DNA of 64,000 nt, from the NCBI GenBank assembly GCA_903847385.1, contig CAINDO010000440.1:6129-70128 (forward strand). Direction: 5' to 3'. Positions 18,004 to 26,942 of this stretch are shown piece after piece. Source of the DNA: an uncultured Myxococcales bacterium. Its GTDB lineage: Bacteria; Myxococcota_A; Bradymonadia; UBA7976; UBA1532. A program made the position numbers and the translations under genes. The notes under the pieces are model-generated. The model had not been told where the DNA came from, searched no databases, and saw only the letters and a list, made by a program, of their open reading frames with translations. How positions within the stretch are numbered: the stretch's first letter is position 1; each line of letters starts with the position of its first letter.

Positions 18004-19797
18004 TCAGGGACAGCGCAGCGCCGGGTCCGCGGGCTCGGCCTCGAGGATGACCCGCCCGCCCCCGGGCGGCGGCTGCGTGAGGACGACCGCCACCCGCTCG
18101 GGGCAGGCCTCGGCGCGCTCGACGATGTATTCGCCGGCGCCCAGGCGTGTCTTCGGCAGCGCGATCTCACATGCGCCCCCTTCGGCCGCGGTCTGCGTAC
18201 ACTCCACGGAGACCGTCAGGCCGGCGGTCAGGTTCGCCGGGTCGTCGAACTCCTCGGGGGACACACAGCCGGCGGGGCCGTCCGGTGTGTCGACGACGCA
18301 GGGCGGCCGCCGCTCGAGACAGTATCGGCCCACGCTCCGGCCGAGTTTGTCGCGCACCCGCTCCAGGGGGCGGGCGAAGTCGGCGCCGCAGATGCTGAGA
18401 CAGGCGTCGCCCGTCGCCCCGGGCGGGCACCCCAAACCGTTGTCCCCGAACGCCTCGGCGACTTCGAGATAGCGCCCGCCGGTGAACGCCGTCAGACCTT
18501 CGGGGGTCTCGCAGGTCGGCGCGGCGCCGCCCGTACAGACCCCCTTCGGGCAACAGGAGGCCGAGACCTCGGACGTGTTGAACTGCGGCGTGCCCTGGGC
18601 GTCCGTGGATTGGCACGCCTCGGACGGCGTGCCCTCCGCGTTCGTGACCTCGACCCGCTGCCCGCCGGCTTCGAGGAAGGCCCGCTCGCCGACGACGCTC
18701 GCCACGATGAGGGCGCGATCGGGCTCCTTCTTCAACGACCGCAGGAAGTCGACGTAGTCGGACACCGGTGTCAGCGCCTCGCGGTGCCAGACGCAGTTGG
18801 CGTCATCGCCGCGGTCGATGACACAGCGCTTCGCGTAACAGACCTCCGGCGCCAACCCCCCGCACTCGTCGCGCTGGCACGCCGCTGGGCCGCCGGGGCA
18901 CAGCGCCGCGTCGGTGAAGGCGTCGGGGAGATCGTCCGCATCGTCGCCGTCCGCCGGCCCGTGGCGGCAGATGGCCCGCTCGCTCGCGCCGGGGTTCGAG
19001 GCCGGGTCCGAGCAGTCGTAGGCGTCGGAGACGAAAAAGACCACGAGCGTGGCGTTGGGGCGCAGGAACGCGGGCTCCTCCCCGGGGCCGAGGCGCGCGG
19101 CGCAGTCGGCGTCGTAGGTCGAGCCGAGCCGCGTGCCGTCCGGGGCCGTCCGGTCCAGGCAGCACGGAGCGAAGAGCGCCCGGTTCGGCCCGTCGCACGA
19201 GAGCGCGAGGCGCGCCGCCTCGAGGCCCTTCTCGAAGCTGTCGCCCATCACACCGACCCGGGCCGCGCAGTCGAACACATGCTCGAGCTCGGCCTGCGTC
19301 GTGCCGACGTTGCCGCCCTCCTCCGGCGTGCCGGACCGGATGATCGGTCCGAAGCGCCACCGGTCGGGCTCGGGGGGCTCGCCGCTGCCATGCACGATCA
19401 CGTCCTCGCAGGCCGCCAACGCCTCGCAGGCCGCGGGATCGCGGTCGCACGCGGGCAGCAGGCGCGGCGGCCCGTCCCGAAAGGCGCCCTGGGCAGACTC
19501 GCTCCGGAGGTCCGTCGTCGTGAACGCGAAGCGGTAGTCGGCGCGGCCGGCCAGGGTCTCGTGCAGGAACCGCGCGACGACGCGGAAGTTCGCCGCGAGG
19601 CTCGCCTGATGGGGCCCCATGCTCCCGGAGTCGTCGATCATCCAGAGGAAGTCGAAGCGGCTCTTCGCCGGCACGTCGACGACCTGGCGGAGCCCTTCGG
19701 GCGCGACACAGGCATCGACCAGTGTCTCTTCGCCGCTGAACGGCGGCCTGGACAGACACCCGGCGAGCGCAACGGCGAGCCCGAGTGCGCGCTTCAT
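18004..19797 (-). CDS. Secreted von Willebrand factor A-domain lipoprotein with a Cys-rich C-terminal region
   Basis: Lipobox LAVALAGC. A MIDAS motif DFLWMIDDSGSM (DxSGS). The start ATG overlaps the upstream TGA as ATGA. Confidence 0.65.
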   Translation of the reverse strand: MKRALGLAVALAGCLSRPPFSGEETLVDACVAPEGLRQVVDVPAKSRFDFLWMIDDSGSMGPHQASLAANFRVVARFLHETLAGRADYRFAFTTTDLRSESAQGAFRDGPPRLLPACDRDPAACEALAACEDVIVHGSGEPPEPDRWRFGPIIRSGTPEEGGNVGTTQAELEHVFDCAARVGVMGDSFEKGLEAARLALSCDGPNRALFAPCCLDRTAPDGTRLGSTYDADCAARLGPGEEPAFLRPNATLVVFFVSDAYDCSDPASNPGASERAICRHGPADGDDADDLPDAFTDAALCPGGPAACQRDECGGLAPEVCYAKRCVIDRGDDANCVWHREALTPVSDYVDFLRSLKKEPDRALIVASVVGERAFLEAGGQRVEVTNAEGTPSEACQSTDAQGTPQFNTSEVSASCCPKGVCTGGAAPTCETPEGLTAFTGGRYLEVAEAFGDNGLGCPPGATGDACLSICGADFARPLERVRDKLGRSVGRYCLERRPPCVVDTPDGPAGCVSPEEFDDPANLTAGLTVSVECTQTAAEGGACEIALPKTRLGAGEYIVERAEACPERVAVVLTQPPPGGGRVILEAEPADPALRCP

Positions 19798-20507
19798 GGG
19801 CGCCCCCAGAGCAGGAGCCCCGCGCCCGTCGCCACACACGCCGCCCCGGCCGCGGTGGTCCCGATCGCCAGGCCGTTGGCCGAGTCGAGGTCGTCCAGGT
19901 GGCCCTCGTAGGCGTCGCGCCGGCGCGCGGTCTCCGCGGCAGACTGGGCGTCGAAGGCCTCGACCCAGGCAAACGTGCCCACGCCGAGGAGCGCCACACC
20001 CACGCCCACGCCGACCCAACCGGCGATGGTCACGCCGTGCCCGGGCTCCGCGGGCGGCGGCGGGGCGGCCGTCAGGCGGGCCTCCAGCGGGGCCGACGTC
20101 GGCGGGGCGCTGGGCGGCGGTGCGCTCGGCGGCGGGGCCGCGTCGGTCTCGCACAGTTTCGCCGCCTCGGGGAGCATGGGCGTGAGCCGCGCGCGCTTCT
20201 CCGACGCGGAGTCGGGCAGGCCCAGGTAGGTATCGATGAGGTCGCGGGCCCGACAGGCGGCCGCCGGCGTGCCCAGGGTCAGCGCGGCGCGGGCCGCCCC
20301 GTAGATGGCCGGCGCGCGCAACGCGTGGCCCTCGGACACCGCGTCGAGCACCCACTGGAAGAGCGCCAGGGCGACCTCGGCCCGGCCCTCCTGCCCGGCC
20401 AGCACGGCGTCCTGGTAGCGTGCCTCGAGCTCCGCATCCGAGGGCGGTGTGATCGGGGGCGCGGTCAGGGCCAGGGCGAGGACGCCGGCGAGGACTCGGG
20501 CGGCCAT
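19794..20507 (-). CDS. TPR-like membrane-anchored protein, partner of the vWA lipoprotein
   Basis: Signal peptide MAARVLAGVLALALTAPP, then a helical TPR-like region, then a C-terminal transmembrane segment VTIAGWVGVGVGVALLGVGTFAWV. The stop overlaps the downstream ATG. Confidence 0.55.
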   Translation of the reverse strand: MAARVLAGVLALALTAPPITPPSDAELEARYQDAVLAGQEGRAEVALALFQWVLDAVSEGHALRAPAIYGAARAALTLGTPAAACRARDLIDTYLGLPDSASEKRARLTPMLPEAAKLCETDAAPPPSAPPPSAPPTSAPLEARLTAAPPPPAEPGHGVTIAGWVGVGVGVALLGVGTFAWVEAFDAQSAAETARRRDAYEGHLDDLDSANGLAIGTTAAGAACVATGAGLLLWGRP

Positions 20508-20724
20508 CAAGACGCCGGCCCGGAACGCGGATACGGATGGGGTGAGCGGGTCTCCACGGGCGTCCCATAACACATCGACCCGCCGATGGCGACGCGACGC
20601 GCAGGCCCCGCGCTCGGGGAGCGCCCACCCTCGTACGCGGAGATCACCCGAGGCGAGCCGTGGGGCGTAACAGACGGCGCCGCCAGCGTCTCATCTCCTC
20701 GAAACGCCACGAACGGAGTCGTCC

Positions 20725-21135
20725 ATGTCGCCCCGCGCCCTCGCCCTCACCCTCGTCGCCGCGCTCTCCCTGGCCGCCTGCAGCGGCTCGACCGCGCCCT
20801 CACATGCGGCCCCCGTCGCGCCCGGACCGGTCGGGGCCGCGGGCCCGCTCGCCGCCCTCGCCGCGCAGCCGGACACGCTCCTGCTCGACGTGCGCCGCCC
20901 GGAGGAGTTCGCCGCCGGTCACGTCGAGGGCGCCGTCAACGTCCCGCTCGGAGAGACCGTGCAGATGGCCGCCGTCATCGGCCGCAAGGATCGCGCCGTC
21001 ATCCTGCACTGCCGGTCCGGCAACCGTTCGGGCAAGGCCATGGCGGAGTTGCAATCGGCCGGCTTCACGGCGCTGCACAACGCCGGTGGCTACGAGGCCA
21101 CCGCGCAGGCCACCGGCCGCCGCGTCGTGCGCTGA
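20725..21135 (+). CDS. Rhodanese-domain sulfurtransferase lipoprotein
   Basis: Lipobox LSLAACS. Active-site loop HCRSGNRS (C-x-x-G-x-R). GGAG ribosome-binding site. Confidence 0.75.
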   Translation: MSPRALALTLVAALSLAACSGSTAPSHAAPVAPGPVGAAGPLAALAAQPDTLLLDVRRPEEFAAGHVEGAVNVPLGETVQMAAVIGRKDRAVILHCRSGNRSGKAMAELQSAGFTALHNAGGYEATAQATGRRVVR

Positions 21136-21154
21136 ACGTCGGACGGCGACCCGC

Positions 21155-21940
21155 TCAGCGCACCGCCGACACCAGCGCGAACAGCGCGCCCTGCGGGTCG
21201 AAGAACTGGGCGATGTACATGGGCCCCGGGACCTCGTGGGGTCCCATGAGGAGCTTGCCGCCCGCCGCGGTGGCGCGTTCCATGCCAGCGCCGAGGTGGT
21301 CGACCTCGATGTAGTAGAGCCAGAACGGCCGCGGCGAGTCGGGCATGCGGGTCATCATGCCGCCCACCGCCGGGGACCCCTCGCCGCCCGTCGAGAACAT
21401 GCGATAGACGCCCAGCGGCCCCATGTCCATCCGGCTCGACTCGCTCCAGCCGAAGAGGGTCCCGTAGAACTGGAACGCGGCCTCGCCGTCCCCGGCGTGC
21501 AATTCGCGCCAGCCGATGCTCCCCTGGGTTCCGGGGGCAATCGTCTGCAGCGGCGTGAGGATGCTCGGCTTGAGAAGCCCGAACGCGGCCCCGTGCGGGT
21601 CGGCCACGACGGCGAAGGCTCCCGCGCCGTGCAGGTCCATCGGCCCCATCTGCACGCTGCCGCCCGCGGCGCGCAGGCGCTCCACGTGGCCGTCCACGTC
21701 GTCGACGCCGACATAGCCGACCCACACCGGAGCCGCGCCCTGGGCGCACATCTCGGCGGTCAACTCCAGCACGCCGCCGATGCCCGCCTCGCCCACGGAC
21801 AAGACGGTGTAGGGCACCGGCCCGATGCCCGCGGCCTGGGCCTTCCAGCCGGCGACGCTCTGGTAGAAAGACACGGCCGCGGCCACGTCCGTGGTCATCA
21901 GCTCGTACCAGACGAACGGGTGTGTCTTCGATGCGCTCAC
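21155..21940 (-). CDS. VOC (glyoxalase/bleomycin-resistance) family protein with two tandem domains
   Basis: THPFVWYELMTTDVAAAVSFYQSVAGW, with a second half-repeat SIGWRELHAGDGEAAFQFYGTLFGW. GTG start with GGAGAG upstream, overlapping the tetR stop as GTGA. Confidence 0.7.
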   Translation of the reverse strand: MSASKTHPFVWYELMTTDVAAAVSFYQSVAGWKAQAAGIGPVPYTVLSVGEAGIGGVLELTAEMCAQGAAPVWVGYVGVDDVDGHVERLRAAGGSVQMGPMDLHGAGAFAVVADPHGAAFGLLKPSILTPLQTIAPGTQGSIGWRELHAGDGEAAFQFYGTLFGWSESSRMDMGPLGVYRMFSTGGEGSPAVGGMMTRMPDSPRPFWLYYIEVDHLGAGMERATAAGGKLLMGPHEVPGPMYIAQFFDPQGALFALVSAVR

Positions 21941-22566
21941 GGACTCTCCGTTTGGGGTGAGATCGGCGTGGCCGACCGGTTGAACAACAACTCCACATAC
22001 CGTTTCAGGTGGTCCACGCTGGCGATGGCCACGTCCGGCCCCCCGCTGGCCTTGGCGAGCACGAACGCCCCCTGCAGGACGGCCTGGGTGTGCAGGGCCA
22101 GGCCCTCCGCGGACCAGGGGGCGTCCGGCGCGTGTCGCTCGCGCGCGAGCGCGATGTCCTTCGCCACCACGGCCGCGTGGTCGACGATGCAGCGCTCGCA
22201 GGCCGCGCGGATGGCCGGGGACGTGTCGAAGGTCTCCTGAACGGTCGTGCCGGCGAAACACGTGAACTCGGCGGGCGCCCCGCGCAGCAATGCCCGGCGG
22301 AAGTCCAGGTAGCCCAGGAAGCGGTCGAGGGGGTCTTCGTGCGCGTGGTAGGGGGCGGCGGCGAAGAGGGCGCCCGTCGTCGCGCTCCAGTGCTCGGCGG
22401 CGGCGACGGCCAGGGCCTCTTTGCTCTCGAAGTGGTGAAAGAACGCACCCTTGCTCACGCCGGCGGCGGCGCAGAGATCCGCGACGCCGGTGGCCGTGTA
22501 GCCCCGTGCCCGGACCACGGAAAGGGCGGCGTCCAGCAGGCGGGTGCGGGTGTCGGGCGAGCTCAT
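21937..22566 (-). CDS. TetR/AcrR-family transcriptional regulator
   Basis: N-terminal HTH TRTRLLDAALSVVRARGYTATGVADLCAAAGVSKGAFFHHFESKEAL is a canonical TetR signature. Confidence 0.85.
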   Translation of the reverse strand: MSSPDTRTRLLDAALSVVRARGYTATGVADLCAAAGVSKGAFFHHFESKEALAVAAAEHWSATTGALFAAAPYHAHEDPLDRFLGYLDFRRALLRGAPAEFTCFAGTTVQETFDTSPAIRAACERCIVDHAAVVAKDIALARERHAPDAPWSAEGLALHTQAVLQGAFVLAKASGGPDVAIASVDHLKRYVELLFNRSATPISPQTESP

Positions 22567-22605
22567 GGCGCGACCATACCAACCGGTCGGTTTCGACGCA
22601 ACGCC

Positions 22606-22628
22606 AAAAAAACGGGCCCGCGGGCCCC
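22606..22628 (-). terminator. Intrinsic-terminator-like hairpin (GGGCCC-GC-GGGCCC) followed by U7 on the minus strand, about 40 nt upstream of the tetR start
   Basis: The minus-strand RNA would read GGGGCCCGCGGGCCCGUUUUUUU: a perfect GC stem plus a U tract. Confidence 0.5.
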
Positions 22629-23002
22629 AGAAATGGAACGGGCGGCGGACCTTGCGATCCGCCGCCCGGAAGAGGACGCCTCACACGAGGTGTCAGCGAA
22701 TCCGGCACCTCGTCAAAAGAACACTCGGGTTACCCATTCTGCAGTTCCTCCTCCGGTCGGGACCGGCACCTGGGGGGCCTTCGGCAGACTTCACGCGCCC
22801 GACTCCAGGTGTTCCTTCGTCTGGGAAGGCAGGGCCTTCGCTGTCGTCGCCGGTCTCGGACCATTCCGGGGCATCGCCCACCGGCTTCACTGAGGAGCAA
22901 CACGGGGACCCCGGCGGCTCATTTCCAGAATCGACGGGGGGCGTGTCGATTTTTCGGGACCGCAGTCCAGGCGGGGCGACCGACCGCCCCGGGTCACAGG
23001 GT

Positions 23003-23036
23003 GTCCCCGGGGGCGTCCCCGGGGTCGTCCCCGGGG
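23003..23036. repeat. Three direct copies of GTCCCCGGGG at a 12-bp period, about 135 bp upstream of the ricin-lectin gene
   Basis: GTCCCCGGGG(G)C GTCCCCGGGG TC GTCCCCGGGG. Each unit contains the palindrome CCCCGGGG. Confidence 0.6.
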
Positions 23037-23171
23037 CTGGCGGGCCCCGCGGAGATGCCAATGGTCAGACGTCACTGTAATCATTCATCTTTCTCGACCA
23101 CCAGCAGCTGGCACGGTCGTTGAAATGTCGGGGACCACGCGGACTTCACCGCCCCGAACGACGGAGACACC

Positions 23172-24611
23172 ATGTCCATGCCCCGACCCCGCCCGCATCA
23201 CATCGCCCTGCTCGCCCTGTGGACCGCCGCCGCCTGTGGCGGCCCGGAGTTCGACGCCGCTGACGCGCCCGAAGACCTCGAGACCGCCGAGATGGCCCTC
23301 AGCAGCGTGACGACGATCCAGCGCCTGAACACACAGAAGTGCCTGGACGTGGAGAACGGGTCCGTCGACAGCCACGCGCTGATCAAGCAGTTCGGCTGCC
23401 ACGGCGGCGCGAACCAGCAGTTCCTCTTGGACGAGGTCGTCGGTCGGCCCGGTCAGTACACCGTGATGAACATGCACAGTCAGCGCTGCATCGACATCCC
23501 CTTCGCCAGCCTCAGCGCCGGCGCGAGCGTGCAGCAGTTCACCTGTCTGCCCCAGGACAATCAGCGCGTCGAGCTGCTCGCGTCGGGCGCCGGCCACATG
23601 CTGCGCATGGTGCACAGCCAGCTCTGCCTCTCCGTGCCGAACGGCTCGTTGAACGACCTCGCGCTCCAGCAGCAGCCCTGCACCGGCGCGGCGGGCCAGG
23701 TGTTTCAGCTCACCCGGCCGGCGGCCCCGCCGCCCCCGGCCACGCAGCCGCCGCCGCCGCCCCCGCCGCCCCCGGCCCCCGACTTCTCGCTCCAGGCCTC
23801 GGCGCTCCCCGCCCGCATCACCTGGGGCGACACGGCGACGTCGCAGATCTCGCTCTCCGCGCTGAACGGCTTCAACGCGGCCGTCGCGCTCTCCGTCTCG
23901 GGCAACCTCGCCGGGGCGGCGTTCGCGCCGGCCGGCATCACCCCCGGACAGACCAGCACGCTCACGCTGCCCAGCACCCGCGTGAACGCCGCGCTCGGCG
24001 CCCGGAACCTCACGGTCACGGGTGTCGGCGGGGGGCTGCGCCGAACGGCCGCGCTGCGCTACCGCGTGGGCCGCCAGGCCGGGGCGTTCACGGTGCAGCA
24101 GGGCGTGGGCTGGGGCGCCGGCCAGTGCGGCACGATCAGCGCGACGATCAGCGGCAGCGGCGCCGGCGCCCAGGTGACGTTCCGGGACTCGGCCACGGGC
24201 CGCAGCTCCACGCACCCCGTGTCGGCGGGTTACCGATTCTCGCCCGGCTGCAAGGTGGCGATCGTGATCCCCCCCAACGCCGCGGGCCCCGTGGCCCACG
24301 TCGTCGACCTGGGCACGTTCGGGCAAGGTTTCGGCACGGCGCTGTCCATCCCGCACCCCTTCCACTACGCCTTCTCCCCGGACGACAGCCTGCTCGTGAC
24401 CGATCCGGCCGTGACCGGTGCCGCCGGGCAGCAGACGGCCACGCTCTACGACCTGGCGGGGCGGCGTGGGCCCATCGGCGCCTCGGGCAACTTCACCGGC
24501 AACGTGACGGGGGTCGTCCTCAACGCCCGGGCCAACCAGGCCACGGATCAGGTGGTCATCACGGTGCGGACGAACGCCGGTGTCCAGACGACCTCGGTGA
24601 ACGTGAACTGA
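23172..24611 (+). CDS. Secreted ricin-B (beta-trefoil) lectin-domain lipoprotein with a Pro-rich linker and C-terminal beta-rich domains
   Basis: Lipobox LWTAAAC. Ricin-type Q-x-W/Q-x-F repeats (QKCLDV..QFGCHGGANQQF; QRCIDIP..QQFTCL; QLCLSVP). A Pro-rich linker of about 30 residues. Confidence 0.7.
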   Translation: MSMPRPRPHHIALLALWTAAACGGPEFDAADAPEDLETAEMALSSVTTIQRLNTQKCLDVENGSVDSHALIKQFGCHGGANQQFLLDEVVGRPGQYTVMNMHSQRCIDIPFASLSAGASVQQFTCLPQDNQRVELLASGAGHMLRMVHSQLCLSVPNGSLNDLALQQQPCTGAAGQVFQLTRPAAPPPPATQPPPPPPPPPAPDFSLQASALPARITWGDTATSQISLSALNGFNAAVALSVSGNLAGAAFAPAGITPGQTSTLTLPSTRVNAALGARNLTVTGVGGGLRRTAALRYRVGRQAGAFTVQQGVGWGAGQCGTISATISGSGAGAQVTFRDSATGRSSTHPVSAGYRFSPGCKVAIVIPPNAAGPVAHVVDLGTFGQGFGTALSIPHPFHYAFSPDDSLLVTDPAVTGAAGQQTATLYDLAGRRGPIGASGNFTGNVTGVVLNARANQATDQVVITVRTNAGVQTTSVNVN

Positions 24612-24635
24612 GCGGCCGCGCATCCCCGGGCACGC

Positions 24636-26828
24636 TTGATGCATTCAGCCCCGCCCATGCGACTCGCACTCACCCTGGCCCTCGCCTCGTTCTCCCTCCT
24701 GCCCGCCTGCTCGGACGACGCCACGGACGTCGAGACCGCCGCGGTGGCGGACGGGGACGGCCCCGACACGGTCGAATTCGGTGACTTCAAGGCGGACGCG
24801 CCACCCACCCCGACCACGGTGGTGGCCACCAGCCTTGGCAACTCCAGTGGCCAGGGGGCGGTGCTGGAGCTCGTGGTGACCGACGTCTGGGGTCGCCTGC
24901 CCGACCGCAAGAGCCGCGTGCGCCTCGTGCGTCAGGCCGACGGCAAGGTCCTCACGCTCGACGGCTACCTGAAGCCGCTGCTGGTGCGCCTCGCCACCCC
25001 GGGCAAGTACCGCCTCGAGGCCGAGATCCCCGAGCACGAGAAAGAGGCGATGGTCTTCGAGGTCCTGAATCGCAACGGCGTGTTCTCGATCCCGCAGCCG
25101 GCCGACCAGGTCACGCACTGGAGCTTCAGCGCCGATCCCCGCACGCTCGCGGGCCGCAGCGAGGCCGTGCACAGCCTGTACATCGGCCTGCCCCACGAGA
25201 TCTTCGCCGCCAGCGGCCCGCCCCCCCGGCGCGGCAACGAGATCACCCTGTTCGACAACGGCCGCGACACGTTCGACACCATGGCCGGCGACTTCCTGGC
25301 CGCCGAGAAGAGCCTCTCGTTGTCGCTGTGGCTGATGAAGGCCGACTTCGAGCTGCGCCGCAGCGCCGACTGGCGGCTCGACTCGGACGCCACGCGCAAG
25401 CAGGAGTTCATCGTCGCCTACCTGAAGCGCATGAAGGGCACGCGCCGCATCCTGCTCTCGGAGTTCAACGGCCGCGAGGACGGCCTGAACGAGGCCGTGC
25501 TGGACGACGACATCCAGGCCTTCGGCGAGCGGCGCGGCGACGGCGTGGAGCTGATGCTCCAGGCCAACGAGACCGAGGTGCCCTACTACGGCGAGGTCCC
25601 TGTGAACGCCGGCGGCTGGTCCTACCGCGCGCGCCTGCTGGACAAGTACCCCGAGTGGAAGGGCCGCCGCTTCACCAACCAGGAGCACTTCAAGGTCGGC
25701 AAGTACGACCGCAGCGTGAGCTGGTCGGACCTGCAGGCCGCCAGCTACCACCAGAAGTTCGCCGTGGTGGACAACGAGGTCGGCTACCTGGGCGGCATGA
25801 ACATGAACTACGCCGACTGGGACCGCCCGGAGCTGGCGGTGTTCGACCCGCAGCGAGCCGAGGCCGGCACGAGCGCCAGCGATCGCGCGGACATCGAAGC
25901 CGGCCTCGATGACAGCGGCATCAACCCGCGCAAGGACTACATGGCCCGGGTCGAGGGCCCCCTGGTCCACGACATCGACACGCTGTTCCATCGGCGGTGG
26001 GCCCAGGGTCGGAAGGACGGCGGCCTCTACAACGAAGACACCTCGGACTACACGGTGCCGCCGGTCTTCGACGATCCGGATCCGACCGACGAGGGCGTGC
26101 AGGCGCAGCTCAACGTGACGATGCCCATGCCCTTCTGGGAGCACTCCATCCTCGAGGGGTTCCAGCGCGCCATCGCCCACGCGGACGACTTCATCTTCAT
26201 CGAGGACCAGTACTTCCGGGCGCCGATGCTCAACGCGATGATCCTCGACCGCATGGCCGTGGACCCGGACTTGAAGCTCATCGTGATCACCAAGGACGTG
26301 CCCTACAAGGATCCGGGCCGCAAGTGGACCGCGCTGAGCCAGAAGGCGTTCACCGACCGCTTTCCGGACCGGTTCCTGTTCCTCACGCTGCGGGCGAGCG
26401 ACCTGCGCGAGCGCGACGGCGATGTCATCGCGACGTTTGCCGACGTCGACATCCACGCCAAGATGTTCATCGTCGACGACGAGATCATGTCCGTGGGCTC
26501 CTGCAACAAGAACAACCGCGGCGTGATCTACGAGGGCGAGGCCAACCTGCTCATCCGCGACACGTTCTTCGTCGCCGAGGCGCGCCGGCACGAGTGGGCG
26601 CGCATGGTCGGCCCGGACTACGCCGAACAGATGGCCGATCCCGAGATCGGCTTCGAGGTCTTCCGCAACCTGGCCGAGCGCAACGACGCCGTGTACCGCG
26701 CCTGGGACGACCTGGACGGCGAGCTGCCGGCGACGCAGATGATGGACTCGCTGCGCCCCACGGGCCTGGTGTACGGCCTGGAGCTGCCGCAGGAGTGGTG
26801 GTTCAACCCGGGTCCGGACTTCTACTGA
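24636..26828 (+). CDS. Secreted phospholipase D-family lipoprotein with two HKD motifs
   Basis: Lipobox LLPAC. HKD motif 1 is SYHQKFAVVDNEVGYLGGMN. HKD motif 2 is DIHAKMFIVDDEIMSVGSCNKNNRG. Confidence 0.8.
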   Translation: MMHSAPPMRLALTLALASFSLLPACSDDATDVETAAVADGDGPDTVEFGDFKADAPPTPTTVVATSLGNSSGQGAVLELVVTDVWGRLPDRKSRVRLVRQADGKVLTLDGYLKPLLVRLATPGKYRLEAEIPEHEKEAMVFEVLNRNGVFSIPQPADQVTHWSFSADPRTLAGRSEAVHSLYIGLPHEIFAASGPPPRRGNEITLFDNGRDTFDTMAGDFLAAEKSLSLSLWLMKADFELRRSADWRLDSDATRKQEFIVAYLKRMKGTRRILLSEFNGREDGLNEAVLDDDIQAFGERRGDGVELMLQANETEVPYYGEVPVNAGGWSYRARLLDKYPEWKGRRFTNQEHFKVGKYDRSVSWSDLQAASYHQKFAVVDNEVGYLGGMNMNYADWDRPELAVFDPQRAEAGTSASDRADIEAGLDDSGINPRKDYMARVEGPLVHDIDTLFHRRWAQGRKDGGLYNEDTSDYTVPPVFDDPDPTDEGVQAQLNVTMPMPFWEHSILEGFQRAIAHADDFIFIEDQYFRAPMLNAMILDRMAVDPDLKLIVITKDVPYKDPGRKWTALSQKAFTDRFPDRFLFLTLRASDLRERDGDVIATFADVDIHAKMFIVDDEIMSVGSCNKNNRGVIYEGEANLLIRDTFFVAEARRHEWARMVGPDYAEQMADPEIGFEVFRNLAERNDAVYRAWDDLDGELPATQMMDSLRPTGLVYGLELPQEWWFNPGPDFY

Positions 26829-26873
26829 GCCGAGCGCCGACCGCGAATTGTACAACGCGGACCGAGATTTGGG

Positions 26874-26942
26874 TTGACCCGGATCAATGCCTGCCGCATA
26901 GAGCTTGAAATCTCCCAAAGCTCATTTGCGCAGGAGCCCATG
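26874..26942 (+). promoter_or_regulatory. Putative sigma70-type promoter (TTGACC, 17-bp spacer, CATAGA) and AGGAG ribosome-binding site for the polyamine operon
   Basis: A low-GC stretch of about 50% GC. TTGACC at 26874-26879, 17-nt spacer, CATAGA at 26897-26902. AGGAG at 26932-26936 lies 4 nt before the ATG at 26940. Confidence 0.4.

Noticed and set aside
20586-22240. 242-aa and 526-aa plus-strand ORFs spanning the rhodanese, VOC and TetR genes, and the 302-aa and 517-aa minus-strand extensions
   Set aside because: They are Arg-rich and have no motifs. The annotated genes carry clear family signatures (CRSGNRS, VOC repeats, TetR HTH).
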